Part shown: one piece after another, positions 22,739-36,534 of the stretch
Position numbering within the stretch: position 1 is the first letter of the stretch
How the letters are laid out: each line of letters begins with the position of its first letter
Source of the DNA: Octopus sinensis
Lineage: Eukaryota
Length of the DNA stretch: 64,000 nt
Assembly (NCBI RefSeq): GCF_006345805.1
Contig: NC_043016.1
Coordinates: 23,808,001-23,872,000, forward strand
Direction of reading: 5' to 3'
Notes under the pieces: generated by a model
Told to the model about the DNA's origin: nothing
The model's input: only the letters and a program-made list of their open reading frames with translations
Databases searched by the model: none
Made by a program: the position numbers and the translations under genes

Positions 22739-23499
22739 GGAATGAGAATAAGGGTTAATTTGTGGTGGTGGGGCACAATATAGGTGATCAAAGAAAGAAA
22801 CATGGGATGGATTAGTCTGACAGACCTATGCATAAGTGGTAAGTAGCTGATCAGTTACTAGGAGTATAGGCCCTTGTAGTAGTGGAAGTGACAGGAAAAG
22901 GTAGTGGGAGAGAAGAACACATATCTACAGGCTAGAAATTGTAGTGTGCCAATGGGACTTTGCCAATATGTCAGATAACCTGCTTTTGGTGCTAGTTTTC
23001 TATGTTTACATGTCTAGTAATGGTACCATCCCAGATGTGGGAGCTGTATTCCATTGTGTGTCCCATTCACACTTGTTTGCAGAAAGTTAACTATAGGGAG
23101 CTGTTGTAATTACTGACTCTGAAGAGGAAGAAGAATATTTGAGACAGAGTGTTAGCTACGCTGTGAATATGGGATCATGAAGGTATGTGAGTGTGTGGGA
23201 GGGGTTAGCAGTCAGACTGTTGGAGTCCTGATCATAAGGTTGTTGGTTCAATTCTTAACTCAGGAAACATGTTGGAAAAGTATGTATTAATTTGAAATTC
23301 ACTCAGTTGGAAAAGTTTAGTTGTGTCATTTGCTGCAGAGTGGTATGCTGCATACCATTCTGCAGCAAAGGACCCCAAAATCTTTCAAATGTGAGAGGTC
23401 AGTGGTCTTTGCTGATTATTGCACATAGAATGAAAGTGATGAGGATAACGACAATGGTCGTGGTGGTGGTTATGATAATTTATTTTTTCCTAATCTAGG

Positions 23500-24090
23500 C
23501 ACAAGGCCCAAAATTTTGGGGGAGGGAGCCAGTTGATTAGATCAACCCCAGTCTGCAACTGGTACTTAATTCATCAACCCCGAAAGGATGAAATGCAAAG
23601 CCAGCATCGGCAGAATTAGAACTCAGAACATAAAGGCAGAAGAAATACCTATTTCTTTACTACCCACAAGGGGCTAAACACAGAGAGGACAAACAAGGAC
23701 AGACAAACGGATTAAGTCGATTATATCGACCTCAGTGCGTAACTGGTACTTATTTAATCAACCCTGAAAGGATGAAAGGCAAAGTTGACCTCGGCGGAAC
23801 TTGAACTCAGAACATAATGGCAGACGAAATACCGCAAAGCATTTCGCCCGGTGTGATAACGTTTCTTCTTTCTTTATTGCCCACAAGGGGCTAAACATGG
23901 AGGGGACAGACAAAGGGATTAAGTCGATTACATCAACCCCAGTGTGTAACTGGTACTTAATTTATCGACCCCGACAGGATGAAACGCAAAGTTGACCTCA
24001 GTAGAATTTGAACTCAGAATGTAACGGCAGACGAAATACCGCAAAGCATTTTGCCCGGCATGCTAACGTTTCTACCAGCTCACCACCTTA
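23500..24090 (-). mobile_element. SINE family B, head-to-tail trimer
   Basis: Three gaaaggatgaaa...gaactcagaa blocks; junctions near 23640 and 23860. Confidence 0.8.
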
Positions 24091-24299
24091 GTGGTTGATT
24101 ATGATAAAAATCATGATGATGAAGAGGAAGAGGTATTTGTAAACAGATTGGGAACGGTCAAGTGTAGCATTTGTAGCAACATTGGTTTGAGTTTTAATTT
24201 TGGAGGAAAGCGCTAGCTGACCATAGCTGAGATATATATTCCTCCCCCACCCCCAGTTAAAAGAAGAGAAACCTGGCTGGTTGGCCTACCGAATGTGGA

Positions 24300-25110
24300 G
24301 CTCTCAACTGATTATCTGTCTGGCTCATACAAAAAAAAAAATGACACACATTATTCTCTCTTGTCATATCAGGCTCTTTTATTCTTATTCCAAAACATGA
24401 CTTTTCATTCGCAGATCCCTCCCTATCTCTCTTTCTTTCTCTCCTTTTTCTACAACTTGCCCTACATAATATTTATCTTTTTATTACAATTGACCTCTTA
24501 TCTTACAACAGTTATTATTCTCTATCCCTTTTACTCTCTCAATTTTTTTTACCTCTCATTAATTCTTACTCATTCTCACTCTATCTCTTTCTTTCTCGAA
24601 TTTTCACTTATTCTCTCCCTATATTTTCCTCTCTAAAACTTTTTACTCATCCTCACTCTGTCTTTTTTTTCTCTCTTGAATGTTCACCCTTTCTCTTTTC
24701 TTCTTGAATGTTCACCCTTTCCCTTTTTATTTTGACATACTATTCTCTTTCTTTATTTTTTACTTCACCCCTTACTCTACTCTCTCTCTCTCTCTGTTTA
24801 CCTTCATTTTTCTCATAATACATCTCTGTTTCCCCTCTTTATCTTTTCATCTCAGACTTTAGTCTTCCCTCTTTATCCATCTCTAAACATATATCTCTCT
24901 CTCTCTCTCCCTTTCTCTCCTTAGCTATATTCACTCTTTCTAATTGTTGATCCATTTCTCAAAAGCTGGCTGTTCAATCTACATAATTTACTTACTTTTC
25001 TTCTTTCTTTCTTTCTTTCTTCCTCTAGCTTACCCATCTATTAACTCTTTGCTTTTGATTCTCTCACTCTGCTACTTGTCCCGCTTTCTCTCTCTCTCTC
25101 TCTCTCTTTG
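24300..25110 (+). repeat. ~800-bp pyrimidine-rich (CT-rich) low-complexity tract
   Basis: Strong C/T strand bias with (CT)n and (CTTT)n runs. Confidence 0.85.
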
Positions 25111-25149
25111 CTACTAACACTATTTTCATCATCAAATCCTCTACCATTA

Positions 25150-25589
25150 TCACTACTACAACTACTATTTAAATCACCACTACCACCACCACCACCACCA
25201 CCACCACCACTACTACTACTATTACAACTACTACTTCTACTACTACTACCACCACCACCACCACCACCACGACTACCACCACAACAACCACTACTACTAC
25301 TACTACCACCACCACCACGACTACCACCACAACAACCACTACTACTACTACTACCACCCCAACTACTAACACCCCTACTACTGCCACCACCACCACCACC
25401 ACCACTACTACTACTATTACAACTACTACTTCTACTACTACTACCACCACCACCACCACCACCACGACTACCACCACAACAACCACTACTACTACTACTA
25501 CCACCACCACCACGACTACCACCACAACAACCACTACTACTACTACTACTACCACCCCAACTACTAACACCCCTACTACTGCCACCACC

Positions 25590-25633
<44 letters not shown>

Positions 25634-25635
25634 AT
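25150..25635. repeat. Compound (CAC)n/(CTA)n microsatellite with ~185-bp internal duplication
   Basis: The same order of interrupting motifs (attacaactactacttc, cgactaccaccacaacaacc twice, ccccaactactaacacccc) occurs twice. Confidence 0.92.
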
Positions 25636-25899
25636 GACCAGTCCTGTTAAATAACCTCTGTTATTTTACTTCTTCAGCTAAATGAGATGTAATTACAACT
25701 GAACTGACCGTAATTCATACAGCAAAGGTAAACAAGTAAACAAACAAAAACAAATAAACAAGCAAATAAGATAAATAAGATAAATAAGATAAATAATTAA
25801 ATGATACAGTGTCTTTTATTTGTTTGTTCTCGGGTTATTGAAACTGAAGCAGTGGAGATGGCGGGGGTGGAGGAAGAGGTGTATGTTACATCCACCTTT

Positions 25900-26004
25900 C
25901 ACATGCAACCACCACCCCCGCACCCCCACCCAAACTGGTCACAGCGCCACCCAGGTAAATACACAATAATGATGATTATAATGGTGATGATGATAATGAC
26001 AGTA

Positions 26005-26038
<34 letters not shown>

Positions 26039-26495
26039 CAATGATAATAGTGGTGGTGGTTCTAACGATGATGTTCATAATAATGATGATAATTATGATG
26101 AAAATGGTGTGGTAGTGGTGGTAATGGTTGTGAGTAATGATGATGATGATCATCACCATCATCATAGTTGTAGTGGTGGTGATGGTAACGATGATGATGA
26201 TGATGATGGTGGTGGTTGTTGTGACAATTATGATGATGATGATGATGGTAGTTGTGGTGGTGGTAGATGTAGTAATAAAGATGAAGATGGTGGTGGTAAT
26301 AATGATGATGATGGTCTTGGTTATAATGATGATGATAACATGGGTGGTTGTGGTGGTGGTGATGATGTGAGAGTGTGGCAGTGATGATGATGGTGGTGGT
26401 GGTGGTGGTGGTGGTAATGAAGATAATAATGAGATAGGTGTGATAGTGATGATGATGATGATGTTGATGAAGGAGGAGGAGGAGGAGATAATGTA
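25900..26495. repeat. Degenerate (GAT)n/(GGT)n microsatellite
   Basis: Direct reading. Confidence 0.92.
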
Positions 26496-26772
26496 CTTGA
26501 TTAGACTCAATTCATTTGGTTCAATAGGTTTATAAATTTGACTCTCCTAACAAAACAGGCTAAAATTCCCATCTCTTCTAGATTCTATTTCACAACGGAA
26601 GCACATGTAGCTGGTTATGTGATTAAGGAAGTATGCAGTACTGGGTTTAAATCATTTAATGTGGCATTTAATTGCAAATGTCTTTTACTATTGTTCCAGA
26701 TTGACAAATACCTTACTCTTCTACCAATTTCAGTCTGTGATCTGAGGCCATGTTGGGGACGTCACTTTACGC

Positions 26773-27166
26773 TTTTACTTGTTTCAGTCATTTGACTGTG
26801 GCCATGCTGGAGCACCGCCTTTAGTTGAGCAAATCAACCCCAGGAATTATTCTTTGTAAGCCTAGTACTTATTCTATCGGTCTCTTTTGCAGAACTGCTA
26901 AGTTACGGAGATGTGAACACACCAGCATCAGTTGTCAAGTGATGTTGGGGGGACAAACACAGACACACAAATGTATACACACACATACATATATATAAAT
27001 ACATATATACAACGGGCTTCTTTCAGTTTCCATCTACCAAATCCACTCACAAGGCTTTGGTCAACCCGACACTATAGTAGAAGACACTTGCCCAAGGTGC
27101 CATGTAGTGGGACTAAACCCAGAACCATGGGGTTGGTAAGCAAGCTACTTACCACACAGCTATTCC
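26773..27166 (-). mobile_element. SINE family A, full length
   Basis: Reverse complement of the head, internal (TA)/(TG) tract and tail seen at 59544-59945. Confidence 0.88.
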
Positions 27167-29140
27167 TGCATCAAGCAATGCTGATTGCAGGTTTCCAAAG
27201 GACTAATTGCTAGTTGGCTGCATTTCTGAGAGCAAACATGGTAAACAGGAGTGTCTGTAACTTGAAATGGCAATGACATGGGACTGCAGCATGGCAGATT
27301 GTGAAGAGGTAATAGAATAGTTCAATTGAGCCAATGGTGTTTCTTACATTGATACTAAGCAGAGGAATCATCAAAGATCAACAGTCAGGATCACCAAGCT
27401 CTATCAAGAGAAGAACTGCAATACATCCATATATATGATGGGCTTCTTTCAGTTTCTGTCTACCAAATCCACTCACGAGGCTTTGGTCGGCCCGAGGCTA
27501 TAGTAGAAGACACTTGCCCAACGTGCCACGCAGTGGTTGTATAATCAGCTAATGAAGGATTCACTATGACTCAAGTGCCCAATTCAAATTCATAATAATG
27601 GAATTGGATGGCAACAGTGAGTCATGAGAATCTGCAAGAGCTGTGACATATCACAAGGGATAATGCACTGGTTGGTATCCTTCACAGATATCACTGATAT
27701 GCGTCAGTAAAGTACACATGCTCACACTTTTTTATCTTTTACTAGTTTCAGTCATTGGACTGCAGCTATGTGGTGCCCCCCCCCCCACCCCTGAAGGGTT
27801 TCAGACAAACAAATGAATCAACCAGAGTAATTATGATTTTGAAGTCTCTTTTGAAGTATCCATCACAAGATTACTCATGTTTGCTAGCTGAGTGGATTGG
27901 AGCAACATGAAAGGAAGTGTTTTGCTCAAGAGCACATCACACAATCCAGGAATCGAAACTACAATCATGAGCGGAACACCTTAAGCACTAAGCCATGTGT
28001 CTCCATACACACACACACACATATACAATGGGCTTTATTCTGTTTCCATCTACCAAATATATGTTTCTTTATTACCCACAAGGGGCTAAACATAGAGGGG
28101 GCAAACAAGGACAGACAAACGAATTAAGTTGATTGCATCGACCCCAGTGCATAACTGGTACTTAATTTATCGACCCCGAAAGGATGAAAGGCAAAGTTGA
28201 CCTCGGCGGAATTTGAACTCAGAACGTTACGGCAGACAAAATACGGCTACGCATTTCGCCCGGCAGGCTAACGGTTCTGCCACCTTATATCTACCAAAAC
28301 ATCTACCAAATATACTCACAAGTTTTGTGTCGGCCTGGGGCTATAGCAGAAAATACTTGCCCAAGGTGCCACACAGTAGGACTGAAACCTGAAACCACAT
28401 GGTTGGGAAGCAAATTTTTCAACCACACAACCAGACCTATGCCTAAAAATGCACAAACATATGTATCATTTTTTAGTTTGTTTTTCATGTATGCATGGAC
28501 TAAGACAAGTATATTAATATATCGCTGCATACCCTTCTTGTGGTTAAAAGATGCAAAATCACCAGCTCATTTATTAATATGGAAAATAACAACTCCATCT
28601 GTAGATCAGTTAAGTGATATTAGGAGAAGTGCAAATGTAGACCCACACACACACACACATGACAGACTTCTTTCAGTTTCCATCTGCTGAACAAACTCAC
28701 AAGGCTTTGGTTGACTCAGGCTTTAGTAGAAAGAAGACACTCGCCCACGGTGCCACTTTGTGGGATTCAACCCGGAACTATGTGATTCTCGACCACACAG
28801 CCACACCTACATACAGACACACAGACACACAGGCATACTTATAAATGCATTCGTTCATACACAGCAAAAGCAAAGATCGTAGTTCGCTTGAAATTGAGAA
28901 AATGCTGTCTTGATGTCTTTCGTCGTGTATGTGAGTATGTGTAAGCGCACGAGAGCGCATGCGTGTGAACACATAAATGAATGTATGTGTATTAAGTTTT
29001 AAGTCAATCCAGATAAAGTAGGTTTACGATGGCTGACTGATATACTAACAGTGACCATCCCATCATTTCCCTCTCTGTGTGCAGGGAACACAAGAATGCA
29101 AGATAACATTATCCGGCATATCAGTATTTTTTTCATACCC

Positions 29141-29510
29141 TTTTACTGTGGCCATGCTGGAGCACCGCCTTTACTCGAGCAAATCGACCCCAGGAATTAT
29201 TCTTTGGAAGCCTAGTACTTATTCTATCGGTCTCTTTTGCCGAACCGCTAAGTTACGGGGACGTAAACACACCAGCATTGGTTGTCAAGCGATGTTGGGG
29301 GCACAAACACAGACACATAAACACACACATACAAATATATAAATACATATATACGACGGGCTTCTTTCAGTTTCCGTCAACCAAATCCACTCACAAGGCT
29401 TTGGTCGGCCCGAGGCTATAGCAGAAGACACTTGCCCAAGGTGCCATGCAGTGGGAATGAACCCGGAACCATGTAGTTGGTAAGCAAGCTACTTACCACA
29501 CAGCCACTCC
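29141..29510 (-). mobile_element. SINE family A, near full length, CpG-retaining
   Basis: ggagtggctgtgtggtaagtagc head and ggcggtgctccagcatggcc tail on the minus strand. Confidence 0.88.
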
Positions 29511-30149
29511 TATACATGGTATGGTTTAATTTGAGAAATTCAACTGCTGTTTCTAACAGGCCAGACGACTACATATAAGTTTGTAACAGACTCTTGAGTA
29601 TCTGCATCAGTGTATATCTGAGTGAAATATATATTGAGCTGCGCCCCAAGATGTAAAATTAAGCCAATCGATAAATAAATACCGATAAGATATATTATAG
29701 TGAACTAAAAAGTATCGTTGATGCGATCAACTATAAACTTTTGAATTCGGTGCAGGAGTATGGGGGCAGCCAAATGATTAAATCTAGTAAGAAAAAATGA
29801 AAGAAAAAGGTTTAAGTCAACCGGCCAGCTGACCGACAGGCAAGTTGACCAAGGAAAATAAACCTGAGTCACAAACAACATAGCTCTACGTGATCATTCG
29901 ACTTGCTAGAAATACCAGTTAAATCGTCCTCAAACAACAGCTTACTGTCTTAAAAATTAAAGGACAGATAATGGAGTGCTGAAAAAATAATTAAGATATA
30001 AAAGATCGCCGGAGCGTCTTTGATCGTTAGTCAAAGCTGACTTGGAACTGAACAATAGAAAAACATGTATGTGTTTTTTCGTGTGTATATGTGTGTGTGG
30101 ATGTGTCTGATCGTTTCACCGACGCACTTGACACAGAGGAAATACGAAG

Positions 30150-30600
30150 AGGAAACATGAAGATAAAATGTTTTCTATTCTAATAAGAAAACAAGTAGAA
30201 ACTGGAAATTGAAAATCAACTACACTGAAGAAAAAGATTTAGATAAGGACAAAACAATAACAATAGAAGTTAAAAAGAATATGAAGAATAAAGAAACAAA
30301 TTTGAAACAAAGTACAAAAATAATTCTAAAGAAAAATGGGAAGAAAACGTTCACTCCATGACCAATGACCTGCAAGAAAGGAATTAAACTAGAATGAAAA
30401 CCAACAATTGCTCAAAAGTTCTGGATTAAACGCAGAAACAAAAGACCTGATTTTAGCTGCACTGGACCGCATACTTAGCTGCAGACATAAATAAAATATG
30501 GAAAAGACATTAATATTATGTGTAGACTATGTAACCGATGAAATGAGACAATTGACCACACCGTCTGCTACTGCCTAGTCCTGTACGCAGATTCGGTCTG
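30150..30600 (+). mobile_element. Dong/R4-type (R2 group) LINE C-terminal fragment, degenerate
   Basis: GLNAETKDLILAALDRIL and CRLCNR*NETIDHTVCYCLVL (CCHC knuckle resembling CRLC...ETIDHIVSGC). Confidence 0.7.
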
Positions 30601-30639
30601 ATGGGTAGATGCAACGTTAAATTTAATTGGTTCGCCTGA

Positions 30640-30980
30640 CTTGCTCCCGTGCCACCGGCACGTAAAGAGCACGAACCGAACGTGGCCAACGCCAGTACCC
30701 CTTGACTGGCTCCCGTGCCGGTGTCATGTAAAAAGCACCATCCGAACGTGGTTGATGCCAGGTCCACCTAGCTGGCTCCTGTGCCAGTAACACGTAAAAA
30801 GCACCAACTGAATGTGGCCAATGCCAGTAACCCTTGACTGGCTCTTGTGCTGGTGGCACATAAAAAGCACCATCCGAACATGGCCAATGCCAGTAGCCCC
30901 TGTGCCGGTAAGGGCATCCAGCTGTAGAAACAGTCAAACCGCATGTAAAACGGACGTTAAACGGTGATGAGGATGATGAT
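30640..30980 (+). mobile_element. RTE 3' UTR copy with 4-5 units and an internal deletion
   Basis: Repeated (g/a)taaaaagcacc...cgaac(g/a)tggcc units, then aagggcatccagctgtagaaac and a (GAT) tail. Confidence 0.8.
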
Positions 30981-32279
30981 GATGAAAAATATAAGATTTT
31001 TTAAAACTTTGAATGGCTAGAAGTGTCCATCTGAGTGTAATGGGAATTAATGAGGTCCGTAGGCAAAAAATGATTAAGAAAAACTGATGTAAACAGATGT
31101 GCAGCATGAAAGGGAGAGTGTTCATGTCACCACATCCTACCTACATAAACATTAAGATCCCAGATAAATTTATCACAGCAGGTACAATTATATTACTCTG
31201 ATATATATCTTGATACCGTCTGACTAAAATTATTGTCTGAAAGGTGGTGGAAATTGTCAAAAATACTGAAACTAATGTAAGCAGCAGGAAGGGGTATGAA
31301 AATATAAATAGCATCAATAGTAACTGTAACACTGGGTATGATAAGAAACCATGAACCAGGGTTCGTGGTGTTACACCTTTGCGCAATAGGTAACCCTGCC
31401 AAGTACAGTATCCTGCACTGTCAGTTTATTGATTACAAAAGAATGTGCTGTATGATATTTTATTGGGTGTTGATTGTCAAGAGTATGTGTTACATTATAC
31501 TGTTTGCTGGTGTCTCCATAGTGTATGCGGTATGAACTATGTCTTTTTTTAGTCATGACTGGTATAGGTTATGTATTATGGTGTGAGTTTGAACAGGCGT
31601 TATCAAAGTGAAAGCACCAGTTGTCAAGAGGTAGTAGTGTTAGAATCAGAAAGGTACATACACATACATAAAATAGGCTTCCATACAGTTTCCAAATTCG
31701 TTCATAAGGCATCAGTTAGCCCAGGTCTACAGTAGAAGGCATCTAGCCAATGTACCATTCAGCAAGACTAAAGACAAAATCACACAGTATCTATACATAT
31801 ATGTATGTTTATATAGCACACATACATATATTTATATACATATATAATATACATTTGAATACATATGTATTTATATAATGCATAACATACATACATACTT
31901 TTTCTATCATTATCATCACCATTTTAAAGTCCACTTTTCCATAGGTCAGACAGAATTTGTTGAGGCAAATTTTCTATGCCTAGAAAATTTCTTGTCATTA
32001 ACCTTCATCTGTTTCAACTAATTCCAAGTAAGGCAATATACTTTTATATATGTTCACAGCAGATTGGAAATGAAGAACACTGCTTGTATAACATGCCACT
32101 TGTTTACAGCTATCATGTGATGTCAAGACAAGGATACACATATATATAAATATATATATGCATTTTTCAAAATGTAGCCACATGTGAATTGTTGGCAATT
32201 TTTTTTCCTCCATCTTCCTCTTCTATTAGACTTTCCTCTGTCTCCTGTTTCAGAAGAAGAGCATACATACATTTCTACC

Positions 32280-33060
32280 TTCTTGGATTTACTCAGAGAA
32301 GTGAAGATATGTTATCCTCGTCATGGTTAGGGAGCCCTAGCTAACAATCCACTAGACAGATCATTTCAGACAAGAACTAAGGGTCTAACACTCCCAAAAT
32401 TTCTTGACAGTGCATCTTTGGACATTCTATGTAACAGGGCATTTTTGCTAGAAACCCTGTTGGCTTCATACTAGAGTACATTTGAACTTTTAGCAAATCT
32501 GTTTGAACTCCTCAGGGAAGGGTTTCTCAGCAACATTTATAGTAGGGGTGTAAGTTTAGTTATCAACAACCTAGTCGAAAGTTGTGGCAGTATGCCCCGA
32601 GAGAAAAAAAATACAAGCAGCGATAAGTAACTTTAAGGTCGTTTCTGACAATAGATTTTAAATATCCTCTGGCAACTTGGAGAAGAGAGTGGTTACCAAT
32701 TTGAGTCACATTTGTCATTAGAATTATCTCCTATCTCCTTCACAATCAAGAATACGATTCTGGGAAAAGTACATCAACAACGTCACTACAAGCCATCTTG
32801 CACAGGTTTCTCCTCCAGTAATGTGAATTATAGATCTCGTGAAAGGTCGTTGTCATTGTGGTGGTATATGTATTACATACACATGAGCAACAACGAAACA
32901 CTCCCTTCCATAATTTCTTCGCTCACGGGGACACGCCAATAATGTAACATAGGCCATAGAATACTTCAGAGTTATTCAAAAGACTAGAGATCTGGGCCAA
33001 AACCCTTCATAGATGTTTGATAAATACTCTGATAGGGAATTCCAGGCCACTGAGAGTAGC
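32280..33060 (-). mobile_element. Possible very degenerate L1/Tx1-like LINE remnant
   Basis: Only weak, eroded resemblance to RT motifs (gctcatgtgtatg as a possible AYAD) across many stops. Confidence 0.25.
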
Positions 33061-33382
33061 TCCTATAGCATTTTCAGCTAACACACATACACACGTACGC
33101 ACGCACGTACGTATGTGTAGTTTTGTTTAAATTGTTAAGTTGTAAAGGGTTTGTCATATTTTGTTATACTAACCTAATTCCTGTTATTTGTTTTACTTCA
33201 TAGAAACACAAGTGGACGTAGTTACTTCTAAGTACATTTTCTTTTTTAAACCCAGACACTCGCTCGCATTTGCCTTTTGGTGTCTAAAATAGATATTTCT
33301 AGCAATGAATACAACCCATTACAACGAAAGAGAGAAAGGAAGAGAAAAAGAAGAAAGAAAATGATTATATACGAGAGTATTA

Positions 33383-33419
<37 letters not shown>

Positions 33420-34453
33420 GGGGAAGAGTCAGAGAAAGGACACAGTCCATGGGAAGTAGTGTTTAACTAATTGCCCATAATGATGGGTATTAATGAGCTA
33501 CTATTTCGTCATAATTATTCGTCTCGGATAGGTCGACTGCCTGTACTGAGAATCGTGTATACCCACAGCCACCATTTGACATTGTATTTTACACGCTCAT
33601 TTCTCGATCGTGAGAGTTCAAAGTACAAAAACACATACACACACCAAACTCTCTCTCTCTCTCTCACACACACACTTTAGAAGATTTCTTCCTTCTTGTT
33701 TTTTCATCCCCAAATAATCCAGCCACACGCATTCAGTAGGTATCTTGTGATAATGTTCTTCCGAATTCAAATTAGAATATGTGATGAAAATCTAGTTAAT
33801 GTATTTACCGGAAGTAAGTAGAATCTTTGAAATATAAAACACCCCTAACCCCAACCCCCAAAAGAGAAGGAAAGTAATAAAACAATTGTGTAAAAAAAAA
33901 AAAAAATATGGATGACATGCATGAACCAAAACGATTAATACATAAGCAGCAAGAGAACCTTGTAAATGATCGTAAGTCAGGTTAAAGATAACAGCCAAAT
34001 AACCTTCAAACTAAATCTAAACGGGGGGGGGGGGTGGAAGGGGCCTGTTGTCCTTAGATATCCTGGAAAAGATGAGGCTGAACTGTTCTTGATTGGGGAG
34101 TAAATTACAACGACAAAGAAAGACTTTATCATAACGTTGTTAAAACAGATTTCTCGTAAATCAAAACAACATAATTTACAATCTAATTGCTTTTACATAT
34201 GCACATACACACACACACACATTGCATTTCAAAACAATTGATAGAGAGGTAAATGATGTCATATTTTAGAAATGTGTGAAATAATGTAAATAGGTGTCCG
34301 GCAAAAACAAATCTCACAACAATGTATTTTTTATGTATACCGATAATTACACACACATACAAAATTAATAACTGATTTAATCTTTGTTTGAGCGTAGGCA
34401 GTTTTCGGAAAGCAAAACTATTGGTTAACTCACACTACATTGTCAGTCCCTTC

Positions 34454-35229
34454 GGATCTTTTCCTTTGGAACGGCACATGTCAACACAATTTCTAGTTAA
34501 CTATAAACACTTTTAAACTTCGTATACTGGTAGAATGTGTTCATAAAACATCATTTTTTCTTGGCTTTATTGAGAAAATTCTATTTGTTGTAACATATTT
34601 CGACTTTAATTTCGCGCATTTCGGCAATTTTAACCAATCGTTGACCTCCATTGACGTAAACAACATTCCGTGCTGTATGAATATGTCCCTCGTTTAAGAA
34701 ACAGATTGGGTTTATTTACATTTGCGAAGAAAAAAAGATACCCTTCCCCCCACCCCTAACCTTAACCCTAAAATAGATTGAAATGCAATAGATCGATACT
34801 AGGGTTATAATTATGGGTGACAATTTCATTTGACACCGCTAGAAAAAAATCCCATTTTCCGTAGCAGTGTCGTATGAAATTGCCACCCATAATTATAACC
34901 CTAGTATCGATCTATTGCATTTCAATCTATTTTAGGGTTAGGGTATCTTTTTTTTCTTCGCAAATGTAAATAAACCCAATCTGTTTCTTAAACGAGGGAC
35001 ATATTCATATAGCACGGAATGTTGTTTATGTCAATGGAGGTCAGCAATTGGTTAAAATTGCCGAAATGCTCGAAATTAAAGTCGGAATATATTACAACAT
35101 ATAGAATTTCCTCAATAAAGCAAAGAAAAAATGATGTTTTATAAACAGATTCTACCAGTATATGAAGTTTAAAAGTGTTTAGTTAACTAGAAATTGTGTT
35201 GACATGTGCCATTCAAAAGGAAAAGATTC
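34454..35229. mobile_element. 776-bp palindromic MITE dimer with GG..CC-type ends and 8-bp TSD (Merlin-like)
   Basis: TSD gtcccttc at 34446-34453 and 35230-35237; two inverted ~385-bp arms homologous to 55149-55579. Confidence 0.85.
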
Positions 35230-35310
35230 GTCCCTTCTCTCACAACCTCTTCACCAGTAACTTACTCTGCTTGCTCTTTCTCCTACCACCTGTCTTACCA
35301 AGTAACTTAC

Positions 35311-35540
35311 GTGAGCTGGCAGAAACATTAGCATGCCGGACGAAATGCTTAGCGGTATTTTGCCTGCCGTTACATTCTGAGTTCAAATTCTGCTGAGGTC
35401 AACTTTGCCTTTCATCCTTTTGGGGTTGATAAATTAAGTACCAGTTACGCACTGGTGTCGATGTAATCGACTTAATCCATTTGTCTGTCCTTGTTTGTCC
35501 CCTCTATGTTTAGCCCCTTGTGGGCAATAAAGAATTAAGA
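35311..35540 (+). mobile_element. tRNA-derived SINE family B monomer
   Basis: gagctggcagaaacattagc...gagttcaaattc B-box, gtcaactttgcctttcatccttt central domain, ccccttgtgggcaataaagaa tail. Confidence 0.85.
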
Positions 35541-36239
35541 AACAGAAGTCGTTTTAACAACAAAGGAGGTACCTGTTGTAGCTTAATGAACTTCAGAGCA
35601 AAGGCACTTGGAAACTTCTAATCAAACCACGCGGACAGGAAAATGTAAGGTAATTTCGAATTCCTTTGCAAGCAATAAAAGGGCAAGAAACTGGAATAAA
35701 ATTCACAAAGGCACAGGCGTGGCTATGTAGTAAGAAGCTTACTTCCCAATGAGATGGTTCCAGGTTCTGTCCCACAGCGTTGCACCTTGGGCAAGTGTCT
35801 TCTACTACATCTTTGAGTCGACTGAAGCCTTATGAGTGGATTTAGCAGATGGAAACTATAAGAAGCCCGTCGTGTATATATGTGTGTCTGTGTGTGTTTT
35901 TATGTCTGTCCCCTATCACTGTTTGACAACTGGTGATGGTGTGTTTGCGTTTCTGTAAATTAACAGTTCGGCATACCAGGCTAAAAATAATATGTACTTG
36001 GGTTTATAGTGAGCAATGGTTTTGGTGCTTAGCTTTATAGAAGACTCGTCAGACTCCAATGCCAGCGGTCACATAACCTCTCTTCTAACTAGAAGTAGAA
36101 AATCAATATGGTCATTTATTACAAATTAATTGACCATAACTGTCTTCTACCTCTAGTTTGACCGGGCCATACATTACATTACATTACAGCTCTAACTTTC
36201 AGGCTGTGCTTCTTTTTTTGGATATACAATCCACTGATG

Positions 36240-36282
<43 letters not shown>

Positions 36283-36284
<2 letters not shown>

Positions 36285-36534
36285 GGTGACACGTAAAAAG
36301 CACCAACCGATCGTGGCCATTTGCCAGCCTCCTCTGGCCCCTGTGCTGGTGGCACGTAAAAAGCACCCACTACACTTACGGAGTGGTTGGCGTTAGGAAG
36401 GGCATCCAGCCGTGGAAACACTGCCAGATCAGGCTAGAGCCTGGCGCAGCCTCCTGGCTTCTCAGACCCCGGTCAAACTGTCCAACCCATGCTAGCATGG
36501 AAAACGGACGTTAAACGATGATGATGATGATGAT
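36283..36534 (+). mobile_element. RTE 3' UTR copy with about two units
   Basis: cacgtaaaaagcacc twice, gttaggaagggcatcc and a (GAT)n tail. Confidence 0.85.

Noticed and set aside
25108-26510. Poly-Pro/Leu, poly-Val, poly-Met and poly-Asp ORFs
   Set aside because: Trinucleotide microsatellite translations with no complex coding flanks.
31050-31560. Protein-like composition suggesting an exon or LINE ORF1
   Set aside because: All frames are interrupted and no motif could be recognised with confidence.
34755-34775. Telomere-like ccctaaccttaaccctaa (also near 38513 and 55455)
   Set aside because: Internal part of the GGATC-ended MITE, not an interstitial telomere array.
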